A DNA stretch of 60,274 nucleotides, filler included, from Nitrospirae bacterium CG2_30_53_67 (GTDB taxonomy: Bacteria; CG2-30-53-67): the NCBI GenBank assembly GCA_001873285.1. It is 4 parts of 4 records of this genome, joined end to end, with 100 filler letters (N's around TTAATTAATTAA, not from the genome) between each part and the next. Parts side by side here need not be neighbours in the genome. Positions count along the whole stretch, not along the records: positions 30,879 to 45,640 come from MNYV01000007.1; positions 45,741 to 60,274 come from MNYV01000164.1; 2 more parts are not named here. One strand, written 5' to 3'. A program made the position numbers and the translations under genes. This document shows, piece by piece, positions 41,214 through 50,749 of the stretch; position 1 is the stretch's first letter, and each line of letters begins with the position of its first letter. The notes under the pieces were generated by a model. The model saw only the letters and a program-made list of their open reading frames with translations, made no database searches and had not been told where the DNA came from.

Positions 41214-42722
41214 TTGTCTTTACTCATAAAAGATAAGCGGTGGAAAAAGGGAACAGCGGATTATTCAACAAATAAGACCGTGACTTTAACCATGAGCGCT
41301 AAAACGACGATGACGGCAGTGTATGCGGGAGGAACGTCATCGAACGACTATGTGGTTGCCGGCTATAACGACCTGGGCATGCACTGCGTCTGCCCGAGAG
41401 CCGACATTATGATGCTCCTTCCGCCCTGGAACACACTGAGGGTCCAGGTGATTAAGAGGGGCTCACCGCCGGTTCCCATGAACGACAGCACCAAGCTGAC
41501 CGTGGAATACAAAATACGTGAAAATACTTACGGCGATAACGGCCCCTATGACCTGTCCAAAGACCCTGAGTATTTAAGATGGCTGGACACGGCAAATATC
41601 CATTTCCCCGGGAGCGGCATCAGCCGCACCAACCGGGTAGGCCTTGCTGGATACGGACTGAGCGGCGTCATGACACCGGAGATCCTCACTTCTTCACCGG
41701 GTAATGCCAAGTACTGGCTCGCGGAAGGGGCGCCTGCGTATCCGCCTCTGGACACCCAGGGCGATTTCATCGGACCCTTCGGCGACAAGAGAAAGGCCTA
41801 CCTCCACTGGGACGTGACGGTGAAGGACAAAGCCACCTCGGCGGTTCTGGGCACCACCAGCACCACCCTGCCCATTGCCTTCGGCGGCTGCTGCAACTGC
41901 CATCAGGACGTGGCCGCAAGCAAAGGTTACATCAAACAGGGGGCCTGCGGCACCTGCCCGGACCCCTACGATGTCTTTGAAGAAATGATGGATGCCCATA
42001 CTCGTGACACCGGCGTAGATGTCCTCGCCTTGGTGGGAGGGACCTACGATTCCTACGGACACCTGACAGGATTGGCCACACCGGTACGCTGCAGCAAGTG
42101 CCACAGTGATTTGGCCGTGGGCGGCAGCGCAGCTCTGGACGCGACCTGGGTCAACTATGCCAAGAGCAAAGGGTATACCTCGATCTCTCCCTTCTCCAAG
42201 GTCCTGCACAAGTTCCACGTGGAGAGCGCGGAGGTTCAGACCTTCTATGATTCAAACATTGAGAAGAATTGTTATCAGTGTCATCCCGGCGGCAACGGGA
42301 CGCTCGACTGCTACAGGGAGGTTCACACCACGATAAAAATCGGATCCGGCAAGAGCGCACATAACATCTGGTGTACGGACTGTCACGGGGATCTGTTCCA
42401 GAGAGTTTCCACCGGGCAGATGGATAAACCCTGGCACTACAGCACCCTGCCCACCTGCTCCGACTGCCATAACACCAACACGCAAGAGTTGGTGGGGACC
42501 CCGGCGGTCTTCGGCCAGTTCCTCGGAAGTTCGGGTCATAAGAAAGGACAGATCCTGTGCCAGACCTGCCACGGGGAGCCGCACGGGCTTCTCCCCTCCA
42601 AGAAGGCTATCGACAACGAGCAGAACGTACGCCTACAGGGGCTCGCCTGGCCTCTTGGGAAATGCGACGTCTGCCACATCGGAAAGAGCAGCCGGATCGG
42701 AACACCGAGTCACCAGCCATAA
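41214..42722 (+). CDS. Multihaem cytochrome c (7 CxxCH), 5' end uncertain or truncated
   Basis: CCNCH, CSKCH, CYQCH, CTDCH, CSDCH, CQTCH, CDVCH; NDLGMHC...LPPWN motif; no signal peptide or RBS at ORF start. Confidence 0.8.
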   Translation: MSLLIKDKRWKKGTADYSTNKTVTLTMSAKTTMTAVYAGGTSSNDYVVAGYNDLGMHCVCPRADIMMLLPPWNTLRVQVIKRGSPPVPMNDSTKLTVEYKIRENTYGDNGPYDLSKDPEYLRWLDTANIHFPGSGISRTNRVGLAGYGLSGVMTPEILTSSPGNAKYWLAEGAPAYPPLDTQGDFIGPFGDKRKAYLHWDVTVKDKATSAVLGTTSTTLPIAFGGCCNCHQDVAASKGYIKQGACGTCPDPYDVFEEMMDAHTRDTGVDVLALVGGTYDSYGHLTGLATPVRCSKCHSDLAVGGSAALDATWVNYAKSKGYTSISPFSKVLHKFHVESAEVQTFYDSNIEKNCYQCHPGGNGTLDCYREVHTTIKIGSGKSAHNIWCTDCHGDLFQRVSTGQMDKPWHYSTLPTCSDCHNTNTQELVGTPAVFGQFLGSSGHKKGQILCQTCHGEPHGLLPSKKAIDNEQNVRLQGLAWPLGKCDVCHIGKSSRIGTPSHQP

Positions 42723-42833
42723 ACACGGACTGAGGGCGATTTTGTGCGACGTAACGCCTCGGCCGTTTCACCTTGGGGGGGGAGCGATCCCCCCTCAAGG
42801 GATTTCACCCCCTATATGAGGAAGAGTAAATTT

Positions 42834-43799
42834 ATGACTGCAAAATTTACAAGAAGGATCACTTTGATCCTTGTGTGTGCCTTGTTTGCATATCCCTTCG
42901 GATCACCCGCTGAGGAAGACACCAAGAAAAATCCTGAGATTGATCTCAAACGCACGGCCGGCTATCTGCAAGAGTGGGCTGAAATGCGGCCCGGTTTTCC
43001 GGAATCCCTCTCGTTCGCATACTACTATGCCTTTGCCTCCATGTCCCTGGAAAAGAAGATCGCCCCCGAGGCCCAAAAGAAGATCATCAACTACATCCGG
43101 GCCTGTCAGACCCCGGATGGCGGATTCGTGGCCGAGCCCGGATTCACGTCCGAGCCTGATCTCGTCTCCACATATTTTGCCCTGAAAACGCTGGAGGTCT
43201 TGAATAGTTTTGAGGCTGTCGATAAGAAAAAGGCCGCTCAGTTCGTGCTTTCTCTCTCCCAGGAAGACGGCGGAATGAGGGCCGGCCCCAAGAGCAAATA
43301 CAGCTCCGTGATGACCTCCTTCTATGGCATTGCTTCATTGGATCTCCTGGGCGCCCTGCAGGGATTAAACAAGGAGAAGGCTGTTTCGTATCTTATGTCA
43401 TTCCGCGACAAAGACAAAGGCTTCGGGGTGGAAAAAGGAAAACCGTCAAGGCCGCCATCCACTTTCGCAGCCGTGCACACCCTCAAGATCCTCGGGGCGT
43501 TGAATGACGAAGTAAAAGCCGGCGCGGTGAAATACCTGAAGGAGACACGCTACGCCGGACTCCATCTCGAAGAAACGTACACCACGCAACCTACCATTCA
43601 GGACATGGCCTATGTACTGGAGGCCTTTGCGGATCTCTCCGCAGGCGGAGAAGTCAACCGGGACAGCATCTATGAGTTTATCGCGTCCCTCTACATTCCT
43701 GAGAACGGCGGTTTCGGGCCCCAACCCGGATACGGCGCATCTCCTCCGAGCACCTATTACGGCGTTTTATGTCTAAAACAACTGGGCAAATTAAATTGA
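42834..43799 (+). CDS. Exported prenyltransferase/squalene-cyclase-repeat (alpha/alpha barrel) protein
   Basis: Signal peptide; repeats CQTPDGGF..STYFAL, QEDGGM..TSFYGI, KDKGF..STFAAV, ENGGF..STYYGV. Confidence 0.8.
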   Translation: MTAKFTRRITLILVCALFAYPFGSPAEEDTKKNPEIDLKRTAGYLQEWAEMRPGFPESLSFAYYYAFASMSLEKKIAPEAQKKIINYIRACQTPDGGFVAEPGFTSEPDLVSTYFALKTLEVLNSFEAVDKKKAAQFVLSLSQEDGGMRAGPKSKYSSVMTSFYGIASLDLLGALQGLNKEKAVSYLMSFRDKDKGFGVEKGKPSRPPSTFAAVHTLKILGALNDEVKAGAVKYLKETRYAGLHLEETYTTQPTIQDMAYVLEAFADLSAGGEVNRDSIYEFIASLYIPENGGFGPQPGYGASPPSTYYGVLCLKQLGKLN

Positions 43800-43811
43800 A
43801 AGGGTCCGTGC

Positions 43812-44618
43812 CTAATTTCTTTGCACGTCCATCCAGTCCCTGAGCCCGTCTCCGAGAAAATTGAATCCCATGACCACCAGCATAATGGCGATCCCAGGAA
43901 AGATCGTGAGGTGCGGCGCCACGAGCATGAAGTGGCTCCCCTCGTTGAGCATGGAGCCCCAGGAGGGGGTGGGCGGCTGGGTACCGAGCCCCAGGAAAGA
44001 GAGGCCCGCTTCGGCCAGGATCGCGGATGCACAGCCGAATGTGGCTTCAACAATGATCGGGGCCAGGGTATTGGGGAGGATATGGCGCATCAGGATTCTC
44101 AATGGGCCCGCGCCCAGGGCACGTGCCGCCTGTACATATTCCCGCTCCCGGACCGTGAGGATCTGCCCCCGGATCAGCCGGGCATACCCCACCCATCCGG
44201 TGAGGCAGAGGGCGAAGATCACGTGATTCAGCGAAGGCCCCAGGACAGCGGTCATGGCGATGGCCAGAAGGATTCCCGGGAAGGCCTGGAGGATATCGAT
44301 GATCCGCATGATGATTTCATCTATCCAGCCTCCGGCATAACCCGACAGAGAGCCGATCAGCAGTCCCACCGAGAGTGAAATGCCGACAACCACGGTCCCC
44401 ACCTTCACCGAGACCTGGGCGCCGTACAGGATTCTGCTCAGGATGTCTCGGCCCAGCTTGTCCTGTCCCAGGGGATGGGAGAGCGTGGGCCCGCTCAGGT
44501 TTCCAGCCAGGTCAAGCTCTGACGGATCATAGGGCGCGACATAAGGCGAGAGCGCCGCAACCGTGGTCATCACGAGGACGATGATCAAGCCGATCAGGGC
44601 CAGCCGGTGTTTACGCAT
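43812..44618 (-). CDS. Peptide/nickel ABC transporter permease (DppC-like)
   Basis: HPLGQDKLGRD, EYVQAARALG, AEAGLSFLGLG, PSWG. Confidence 0.92.
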   Translation of the reverse strand: MRKHRLALIGLIIVLVMTTVAALSPYVAPYDPSELDLAGNLSGPTLSHPLGQDKLGRDILSRILYGAQVSVKVGTVVVGISLSVGLLIGSLSGYAGGWIDEIIMRIIDILQAFPGILLAIAMTAVLGPSLNHVIFALCLTGWVGYARLIRGQILTVREREYVQAARALGAGPLRILMRHILPNTLAPIIVEATFGCASAILAEAGLSFLGLGTQPPTPSWGSMLNEGSHFMLVAPHLTIFPGIAIMLVVMGFNFLGDGLRDWMDVQRN

Positions 44619-45549
44619 CTGCCCCCCTTCCCCCAACCCGGATCCTGGGGTCCGCCGCCCCATAGAGCAGGTCGGTCAGCAGGTTGACCAGCACATAGCA
44701 AAGCGAGATAAAGAGTACCGTCCCCTGCACCACCGGATAGTCCCGCTGGTTGATGGCCTGGATCAGGAGGCGTCCGATGCCCGGCCAGGAAAAGATGGTC
44801 TCGGTGATGATGGACCCCGAAAGGAGCGCGCCGAACTGAAGGCCTATAATGGTGATCACCGGGATGAGCGCATTCTTCAGGGCATGTTTGAAGAGGACCA
44901 CCCTCTCGGCAAGCCCCTTGGCCCGGGCCGTGACGATGTATTGCTCACGGATCACTTCGAGGATGCTGGATCGGGTCATCCGGGTCAGGATTGCGGACAT
45001 GCCCATGCCCAGGGTCACGGCCGGAAGGATCAGGTGTTGAACGCCTCCGATGCCTGAGACCGGAAGCCAGCCGAGCCGGATGGAAAAAAAGAGGATCAAT
45101 AGAGGGCCCAGCCAGAAGTTGGGCATGGAGATCCCGATCAGGGCGAAGAGCATGGAGGCATTGTCCATCAGCGAATACTGCTTGGTTGCGGAGAGGATCC
45201 CGATGGGGATGGCGATGAGCAGGGCAACCATCATGGCGGCGAGGGTCAGGATGAATGTGGCGGGGAACCGTTTCAGGATAATCTCCGTGACCGCTTCCCG
45301 GGAATGGATGGAACGGCCCAGTTCCCCTCGGACGAGGCCTGAGAGGAAGACTCTGTACTGCTCGGCCACGGGCCGGTCCAGCCTGAGTTCATGGCGCAGG
45401 GCCTCCTTGTCCGCTGCCTGCGCCTGTTCCCCCATCATGATCTCCACCGGGTCCCCGGGGATCATGTGGACCAGGAAGAAGACCAGGGTGACGACACCGA
45501 GGATGATGGGGATCAGCAGGAGTATCCGTTTTGCGATATAATGGGACAA
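44611..45549 (-). CDS. Peptide/nickel ABC transporter permease (DppB-like)
   Basis: PGDP, YIVTARAKGL, TETIFSWPGIG, RDYPVVQ. Confidence 0.92.
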   Translation of the reverse strand: MSHYIAKRILLLIPIILGVVTLVFFLVHMIPGDPVEIMMGEQAQAADKEALRHELRLDRPVAEQYRVFLSGLVRGELGRSIHSREAVTEIILKRFPATFILTLAAMMVALLIAIPIGILSATKQYSLMDNASMLFALIGISMPNFWLGPLLILFFSIRLGWLPVSGIGGVQHLILPAVTLGMGMSAILTRMTRSSILEVIREQYIVTARAKGLAERVVLFKHALKNALIPVITIIGLQFGALLSGSIITETIFSWPGIGRLLIQAINQRDYPVVQGTVLFISLCYVLVNLLTDLLYGAADPRIRVGGRGADA

Positions 45550-45572
45550 ATGTGTGACCCTTTAAGATATTA

Positions 45573-45640
45573 GGTTCTTCTCCCATTTAGTGGGTAAATA
45601 GGGTTCGAGGGTTCAAGGGGTCAAGGATTCAAGTGAAATA
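45573..45640. mobile_element. MITE family B end at contig break
   Basis: GGTTCTTCTCCCATTTAGTGGGTAAATAGGGTTCGAGGGTTCAAGGGGTCAAGGATTCAAGTGAAATA; near reverse complement of 20735-20792. Confidence 0.8.
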
Positions 45641-45740
45641 NNNNNNNNNNNNNNNNNNNNNNNNNNNNNNNNNNNNNNNNNNNNTTAATTAATTAANNNN
45701 NNNNNNNNNNNNNNNNNNNNNNNNNNNNNNNNNNNNNNNN
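45641..45740. other. Artificial contig linker / assembly gap
   Basis: 100 nt of N with TTAATTAATTAA. Confidence 0.97.
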
Positions 45741-45872
45741 CCGTAGGGCGGCCTCCTCGGCGTTCCGCTCCTTGCGACGTACCGCAGGGGGTACGCCTCA
45801 GTCGCGCGCGGGGATGAGGCCGCCCTACGGCACTCTCGGTACGTTACCATATTTACGAACAGGACCACTTAG
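45741..45872. mobile_element. MITE family C, right part at contig start
   Basis: Aligns to 26080-26225 and ends in identical TATTTACGAACAGGACCACTTAG. Confidence 0.85.
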
Positions 45873-45960
45873 TCTCACAAGAAAAAGGAGGGGGAATAGG
45901 GAAGAGTGGATGAAAGATGATTGATCACCACATACCGCAACTTGCAGCGGGCAGTTTGCA

Positions 45961-47133
45961 TTATGTAAAGAATCGGTCGATCTTGAACTCTTCTTCCTGG
46001 TTGGAGGCCGTTCCGCCTTTCCCGCTCGCCTTTTCCTGCTCCTCCCAGGAGAGGTCGCTTGTGGACTGGATCCCTCTCGCCTTGAGGGCGAAATCCTCCG
46101 GGTTGGAACTCCGCTTGAGCGCCTCGTCGTAGGAGATCAGGCCCCGATGGTAGATCTCCATCAGAGACTGGTCGAAGGTCTGCATTCCGTACTGACTCCT
46201 GCCGGCGGCAATGGCATCGTGAATCAGGCGGGTCTTGTCTTTGTCCACGATATATTCCCTGATCAGGTCGGTAGCCAGCATGACCTCTACGGCCGGGATC
46301 CGGCCCTTGCCGTCCGCGCGGACCACCAGCCGTTGCGAGATGATCCCCTTGATGACTGCGGAGAGTTGGATCCGGATCTGTTTTTGCTGGTGCGGAGGGA
46401 AAACAGCGATGATCCGGTTCACGGTTTCCATAGCATCCACCGTATGCAGGGTGCTCATCACGAAGTGTCCGGTCTCGGCGGCCATCAGGGCTGTTGAGAT
46501 GGTATCATAATCCCTCATTTCTCCCACCAGGATCACATCCGGGTCCTGGCGAAGCGCCGATCTTAAGGCGCCGTCAAAGGCCTTGACGTCCGTGCCGATC
46601 TCCCGCTGGTTGATGATGCTCTTCTTGTCTTTATGAAGGAATTCGATGGGGTCCTCTATGGTGATGACATTGGAGGTCCGGTTGTTATTGATATGATCAA
46701 TCATGGCCGCAAGCGTTGTGGTCTTACCGCTGCCGGTGGTCCCGGTCACCAGGACAAGACCCCGCTGCATCAGGGAAAGTTTCTCAAGAACCGGCGGGAG
46801 ATTCAGGTCCGCGATCTGTTGTATCCGGTGCGGGATCACGCGGAGAACAATGGCGACCGTACTCCTCTGCTGGAAGATATTGACACGGAAACGGCCCAGG
46901 CCGGGCACTGAATAGGCCACATCGGTTTCGTTGTTGGTCTTGAATTTCTGTTTCTGGTAGTTGTTCATGATCGAGAAGGCGATCCCGATCGTGTCCTCGG
47001 AAATCAGCCGCTTATGTTCGATCATGGGGATCAGTTCCCCGTCGATCCTCAGAACAGGCGGACTCCCGACCTTGAAGTGGACATCCGATGCCTTGCGTTC
47101 AATAGCGGTTTTTAACAGCCCATTTAAGTCCAT
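45961..47133 (-). CDS. pilT: Type IV pilus retraction ATPase (PilT/PilU family)
   Basis: ASDVH, TGTTGSGKTTT, TIEDPIE, ALRQDPDVILVGEMRD, TLHT, GMQTFDQ. Confidence 0.9.
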   Translation of the reverse strand: MDLNGLLKTAIERKASDVHFKVGSPPVLRIDGELIPMIEHKRLISEDTIGIAFSIMNNYQKQKFKTNNETDVAYSVPGLGRFRVNIFQQRSTVAIVLRVIPHRIQQIADLNLPPVLEKLSLMQRGLVLVTGTTGSGKTTTLAAMIDHINNNRTSNVITIEDPIEFLHKDKKSIINQREIGTDVKAFDGALRSALRQDPDVILVGEMRDYDTISTALMAAETGHFVMSTLHTVDAMETVNRIIAVFPPHQQKQIRIQLSAVIKGIISQRLVVRADGKGRIPAVEVMLATDLIREYIVDKDKTRLIHDAIAAGRSQYGMQTFDQSLMEIYHRGLISYDEALKRSSNPEDFALKARGIQSTSDLSWEEQEKASGKGGTASNQEEEFKIDRFFT

Positions 47134-47212
47134 AGGATCAGCCTTCCAAGTGGATTTCACGATCCATTCATCATATTCAGGATAACACGGAAGGTTTTAA
47201 ACTGTCAATAAA

Positions 47213-48244
47213 TCAGGCCTTGACCGAATCTCCCTTGGGGGGCCGCACCATGCCCAGCTTCTCCTTGATTTCCTTTTCGACTTTAGCCAGGATATCGGCG
47301 TTTTCCTTGAGGAAGGCCCTGGCATTCTCCCTCCCCTGGCCGATCCTGGTCTCGTTGTAGGAGTACCAGGCCCCGCTCTTCTGAATGATCCCATGCTCGG
47401 CAGCGAGATCAATGAGATCGCCTTCCCTCCCGATCCCCTCATTGAAGAGGATATCAAACTCCGCCTGACGGAACGGCGGGGCCACCTTGTTCTTCACCAC
47501 CTTGACCCTGACCCGGTTCCCCTGAACCTGTTCGCCGTCCTTGATCTGCCCGATCTTCCGGATATCAAGCCGGATCGAGGCGTAGAATTTCAGGGCATTG
47601 CCGCCGGTCGTGGTCTCCGGGTTTCCGAACATGACCCCGATCTTCATGCGGATCTGGTTAATAAAGATCAGCGTGGTCCCGGACCGGGACACGACCCCCG
47701 TGAGCTTGCGCAGGGCCTGGGACATGAGCCTGGCCTGGAGCCCCATATGGGCATCGCCCATTTCCCCTTCGATCTCCGCCCTGGGGACCAGGGCCGCCAC
47801 CGAGTCGATGACGATGACATCCACGGCGCCGCTTCTGACCAAGACCTCGGTGATCTCCAGGGCCTGTTCCCCGGTATCGGGCTGCGAGATCAGAAGATCG
47901 TCGCTATTGACCCCCAGCTTCCTCGCATAGGTGACATCCAGGGCATGCTCGGCATCAATAAAGGCGGCGATTCCTCCCCCCTTTTGAGCCTCTGCAATCG
48001 CGTGCAGGGAAAGGGTCGTCTTGCCGGACGATTCCGGACCGAAGATCTCGATGATCCGCCCCCTCGGATACCCCCATGTCCCGAGGGCATGGTCGAGCGA
48101 GAGGGACCCGGATGGAATCGCAGGGACATCTATCACCGCGGCCCCGGAGCCCAGCCGCATGATAGACCCTTTGCCGAACTGCTTCTCAATCTGGATCACC
48201 GCAAGGTCAAGCGCCTTCTTTTTATTATTATTGTTGTCCGCCAT
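47213..48244 (-). CDS. recA: Recombinase RecA
   Basis: [51 protein letters not shown]. Confidence 0.99.
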   Translation of the reverse strand: MADNNNNKKKALDLAVIQIEKQFGKGSIMRLGSGAAVIDVPAIPSGSLSLDHALGTWGYPRGRIIEIFGPESSGKTTLSLHAIAEAQKGGGIAAFIDAEHALDVTYARKLGVNSDDLLISQPDTGEQALEITEVLVRSGAVDVIVIDSVAALVPRAEIEGEMGDAHMGLQARLMSQALRKLTGVVSRSGTTLIFINQIRMKIGVMFGNPETTTGGNALKFYASIRLDIRKIGQIKDGEQVQGNRVRVKVVKNKVAPPFRQAEFDILFNEGIGREGDLIDLAAEHGIIQKSGAWYSYNETRIGQGRENARAFLKENADILAKVEKEIKEKLGMVRPPKGDSVKA

Positions 48245-48290
48245 GCTGAAACTCCTTTCAGAATAGTTCGTGTGGTTATGAGTCACCTTA

Positions 48291-48884
48291 TCATGTTTCA
48301 AAGCCCTTTTCACCTCCCAAAGGAGCGGAGAATCTTTCGATGTAGACCGCCCCATCCGGGCGAAGCCGGCTTTCGAAAAGATGAACGGCCTCCGCGGTCA
48401 TGGAACCGATCTCCGACTCTTTATGCTTCGCAATCTGGGCCGCAAACCGCCTGCGGTCCCGGATCTCCTTGATCCGCCCGATGGTGATATGGGCGCTGAA
48501 AGGCCGTCTCTCAGGGACAAAGCCGATCCTTGCAAGGCGAGCCTCCAAGTCACGGGCGATCTGCTTCAAAGGTTCCGCCCCATCCTTGATCCCCACCCAG
48601 AGCGTTCGGGGCTGCTTCTCATTCGGGAAGACGCCGGTCCCGGAGATCCCTGCATGGAACCGGGGAACTTCGGCACAAACACCTTTGATCTCCTCCCCGA
48701 TCTCCGAAATGCTTTCCTCCCCGATCTCTCCCAGAAATTTCAGCGTGATGTGCATACCCTGCGGCCTGACCCAGGTGACCCGGTCGCCCCGGCTTTGAAA
48801 GGCCTGCTGGAGCCTCACCAATCCCTGTTTCAGCTCTTCAGGGATCTCCACGGCAATGAAGGCCCGGATGGTTTCCGATCCCAT
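48291..48884 (-). CDS. thpR: RNA 2',3'-cyclic phosphodiesterase
   Basis: RAFIA, two HxT motifs ([14 protein letters not shown]). Confidence 0.92.
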   Translation of the reverse strand: MGSETIRAFIAVEIPEELKQGLVRLQQAFQSRGDRVTWVRPQGMHITLKFLGEIGEESISEIGEEIKGVCAEVPRFHAGISGTGVFPNEKQPRTLWVGIKDGAEPLKQIARDLEARLARIGFVPERRPFSAHITIGRIKEIRDRRRFAAQIAKHKESEIGSMTAEAVHLFESRLRPDGAVYIERFSAPLGGEKGFET

Positions 48885-48982
48885 CCCATCTTCCTTTTCC
48901 TGGCCGGCATGAACCAACAGCCCTCTGCCTTTGTATCGGGCACGTTTAAATGGTTCAAACAGTTCAAACAATTTAAACGGTT

Positions 48983-50236
48983 TTATATGTCCAGAAGATA
49001 CCGCCGGACCCGGTCCAAGGCCATCTGCGCGCTCTGAAGACGGATCATTTGGCGGTCGCCCTGAAAATGATACTCCGTGACCTCGTCCCCTCGAGAGGTG
49101 GAAAGGCCGACAAAGACCGTCCCTACGGGCTTGTCGCGGCTTCCTCCGCCGGGGCCGGCAATCCCGGTGACGGCCAGCCCGATCATCGTCCCTGCCCGGT
49201 CCCGGATCCCTGCAGCCATGGCGCGTGCCGCCTCCCGGCTCACAGCCCCATGGGTCTTAAAGACCTCCTCCTCGACCCCCAAGAGGTCTCTCTTGGCCGT
49301 ATTGCTGTAGCTCACCACCCCCCGGTCCAGGACCGAAGAGATCCCCGGGACCTCCACCAGCATGGAGGCAATCATACCTCCGGTGCACGATTCCGCAACC
49401 GCGATGCTTAATGAACGGTCGATCAAAAGCCTCCCCACGATCCCGTGCAGGGTCTCTTCCCCATCGCAAAGGAATTCGGGCCCCAGATCCGAAAGGACCT
49501 TCCCCCGAAGCCGGACCGCCTCCCTCTCAAGCATCTTGGGATCTCTCCCCTCCAGGAAGAGGGCCGCTTTCGACAAACATCCCTCTGAATAAAAGGTCAG
49601 CCTTGCCCCGCCCGCGCTCCTTGCCAAAAACGACCGGATCTTCTCCGGCAACCGGCTGATAAAACGGAATGTCCATGTCTTCGAGTAAACCGGGTGCATG
49701 AACCGCTTGCCGATCCAGGAGCGAAAGGCCCGCTCCCACATCTGTTCCACCTCTCGGATCTCGTCCGGAAGAACCAGAAGAGTTTTGCCGTGAACCGTCA
49801 TAAAGATCCCCGGCCGGACCCCATCCTGAGGAGGAATCCAATGGGCATCCTTGGGCAGAAGCGCCCTGGCCTCGATGTCCCTTGGGAGGGCGATCCCTTT
49901 GGCCCTGTAGTAGCCTTTGAGATCCTCGAACAGGCTGGGAATCAGAACCAGGCCCTTGCCGCTCATCTGGGCCAAGGCCTTGCGCAGGGTCTTCTCACCC
50001 CCCTCGGAAGAGGCATTGAGGATCAGAATCAGATCGAATAGCGCCAGGGAATTGGCCAGGGCGCGTTCAACGACCAGATCCTCGCGCACAAGGCGCCGCA
50101 TGGAAAGAACCTGAATGCCGGACCGCATCAGCATATCACGCGCCAAGTCCTGAATCGTCCGATCCCGGCCTCCGGGGCCCCCGGCAAGGATTTCCCATTC
50201 GGAAATCAGGGTTACGATCTCGGCAATCATAGTCAC
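48983..50236 (-). CDS. cinA: CinA family protein (intact PncC domain, divergent N-terminal domain)
   Basis: AESCTGG, SYSN, HGAVS, TGIAGPGGG; pgpA-cinA-thpR-recA order. Confidence 0.85.
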   Translation of the reverse strand: MTMIAEIVTLISEWEILAGGPGGRDRTIQDLARDMLMRSGIQVLSMRRLVREDLVVERALANSLALFDLILILNASSEGGEKTLRKALAQMSGKGLVLIPSLFEDLKGYYRAKGIALPRDIEARALLPKDAHWIPPQDGVRPGIFMTVHGKTLLVLPDEIREVEQMWERAFRSWIGKRFMHPVYSKTWTFRFISRLPEKIRSFLARSAGGARLTFYSEGCLSKAALFLEGRDPKMLEREAVRLRGKVLSDLGPEFLCDGEETLHGIVGRLLIDRSLSIAVAESCTGGMIASMLVEVPGISSVLDRGVVSYSNTAKRDLLGVEEEVFKTHGAVSREAARAMAAGIRDRAGTMIGLAVTGIAGPGGGSRDKPVGTVFVGLSTSRGDEVTEYHFQGDRQMIRLQSAQMALDRVRRYLLDI

Positions 50237-50694
50237 ATCACCCGCCGGAGCAGATGGATCGTCAGGTTGGCGTACACCCCGGCCAGGACGTCATCCAGCA
50301 TCACTCCCCATCCCCCCGGAACGCGTTGATCAATCCTTCGAATGGGAAAGGGCTTGAATATATCGAATGCCCGGAACACAAAGAAGCCGATGACGATGGT
50401 CTGCCAGGTCATGGGGAGTGCGAACATGGTGATCAGGAACCCGGCGATCTCATCAATCACAATGACACCGCTGTCTTTTTCTCCGAGGATCGCTTCGGCC
50501 CGGGAGGACAACCAGACGCCGAAAAACACGATGGCTGAGGTCAGAATGCCGTATAGTTTTAGAGGAAATTGATTGAGCAGAATAAATATTGCAATCCCGA
50601 CCAGTGTCCCGGCGGTCCCGGAAGCAAGTGGGGCATAGCCGCTTAAAAACCCGGATGCAAAAAAGAGGATGATTCTATCCAAGCCTGCCCCCAA
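50233..50694 (-). CDS. pgpA: Phosphatidylglycerophosphatase A
   Basis: ASGTAGT, IVIDEIAG, FRAFDIFKPFP, MLDDVLAG. Confidence 0.93.
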   Translation of the reverse strand: MGAGLDRIILFFASGFLSGYAPLASGTAGTLVGIAIFILLNQFPLKLYGILTSAIVFFGVWLSSRAEAILGEKDSGVIVIDEIAGFLITMFALPMTWQTIVIGFFVFRAFDIFKPFPIRRIDQRVPGGWGVMLDDVLAGVYANLTIHLLRRVM

Positions 50695-50749
50695 AAACGA
50701 GATGATCTTAACACCCGAAAATAAAGAGTGTCAAGAGGTTTTCCGAAGA

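Noticed and set aside
15201..45740. TTAATTAATTAA motif recurring every ~15 kb, and gene adjacency across the N runs
   Set aside because: Artificial contig linker; IS3 did not demonstrably disrupt dnaK, and the cheR/dnaK truncations are assembly edges. The family B and C ends on either side of gap 3 are not one element.
48245..48300. LexA/SOS box upstream of recA
   Set aside because: Only weak GTTC/GTTA half-sites; no spacing that matches a LexA box I know.
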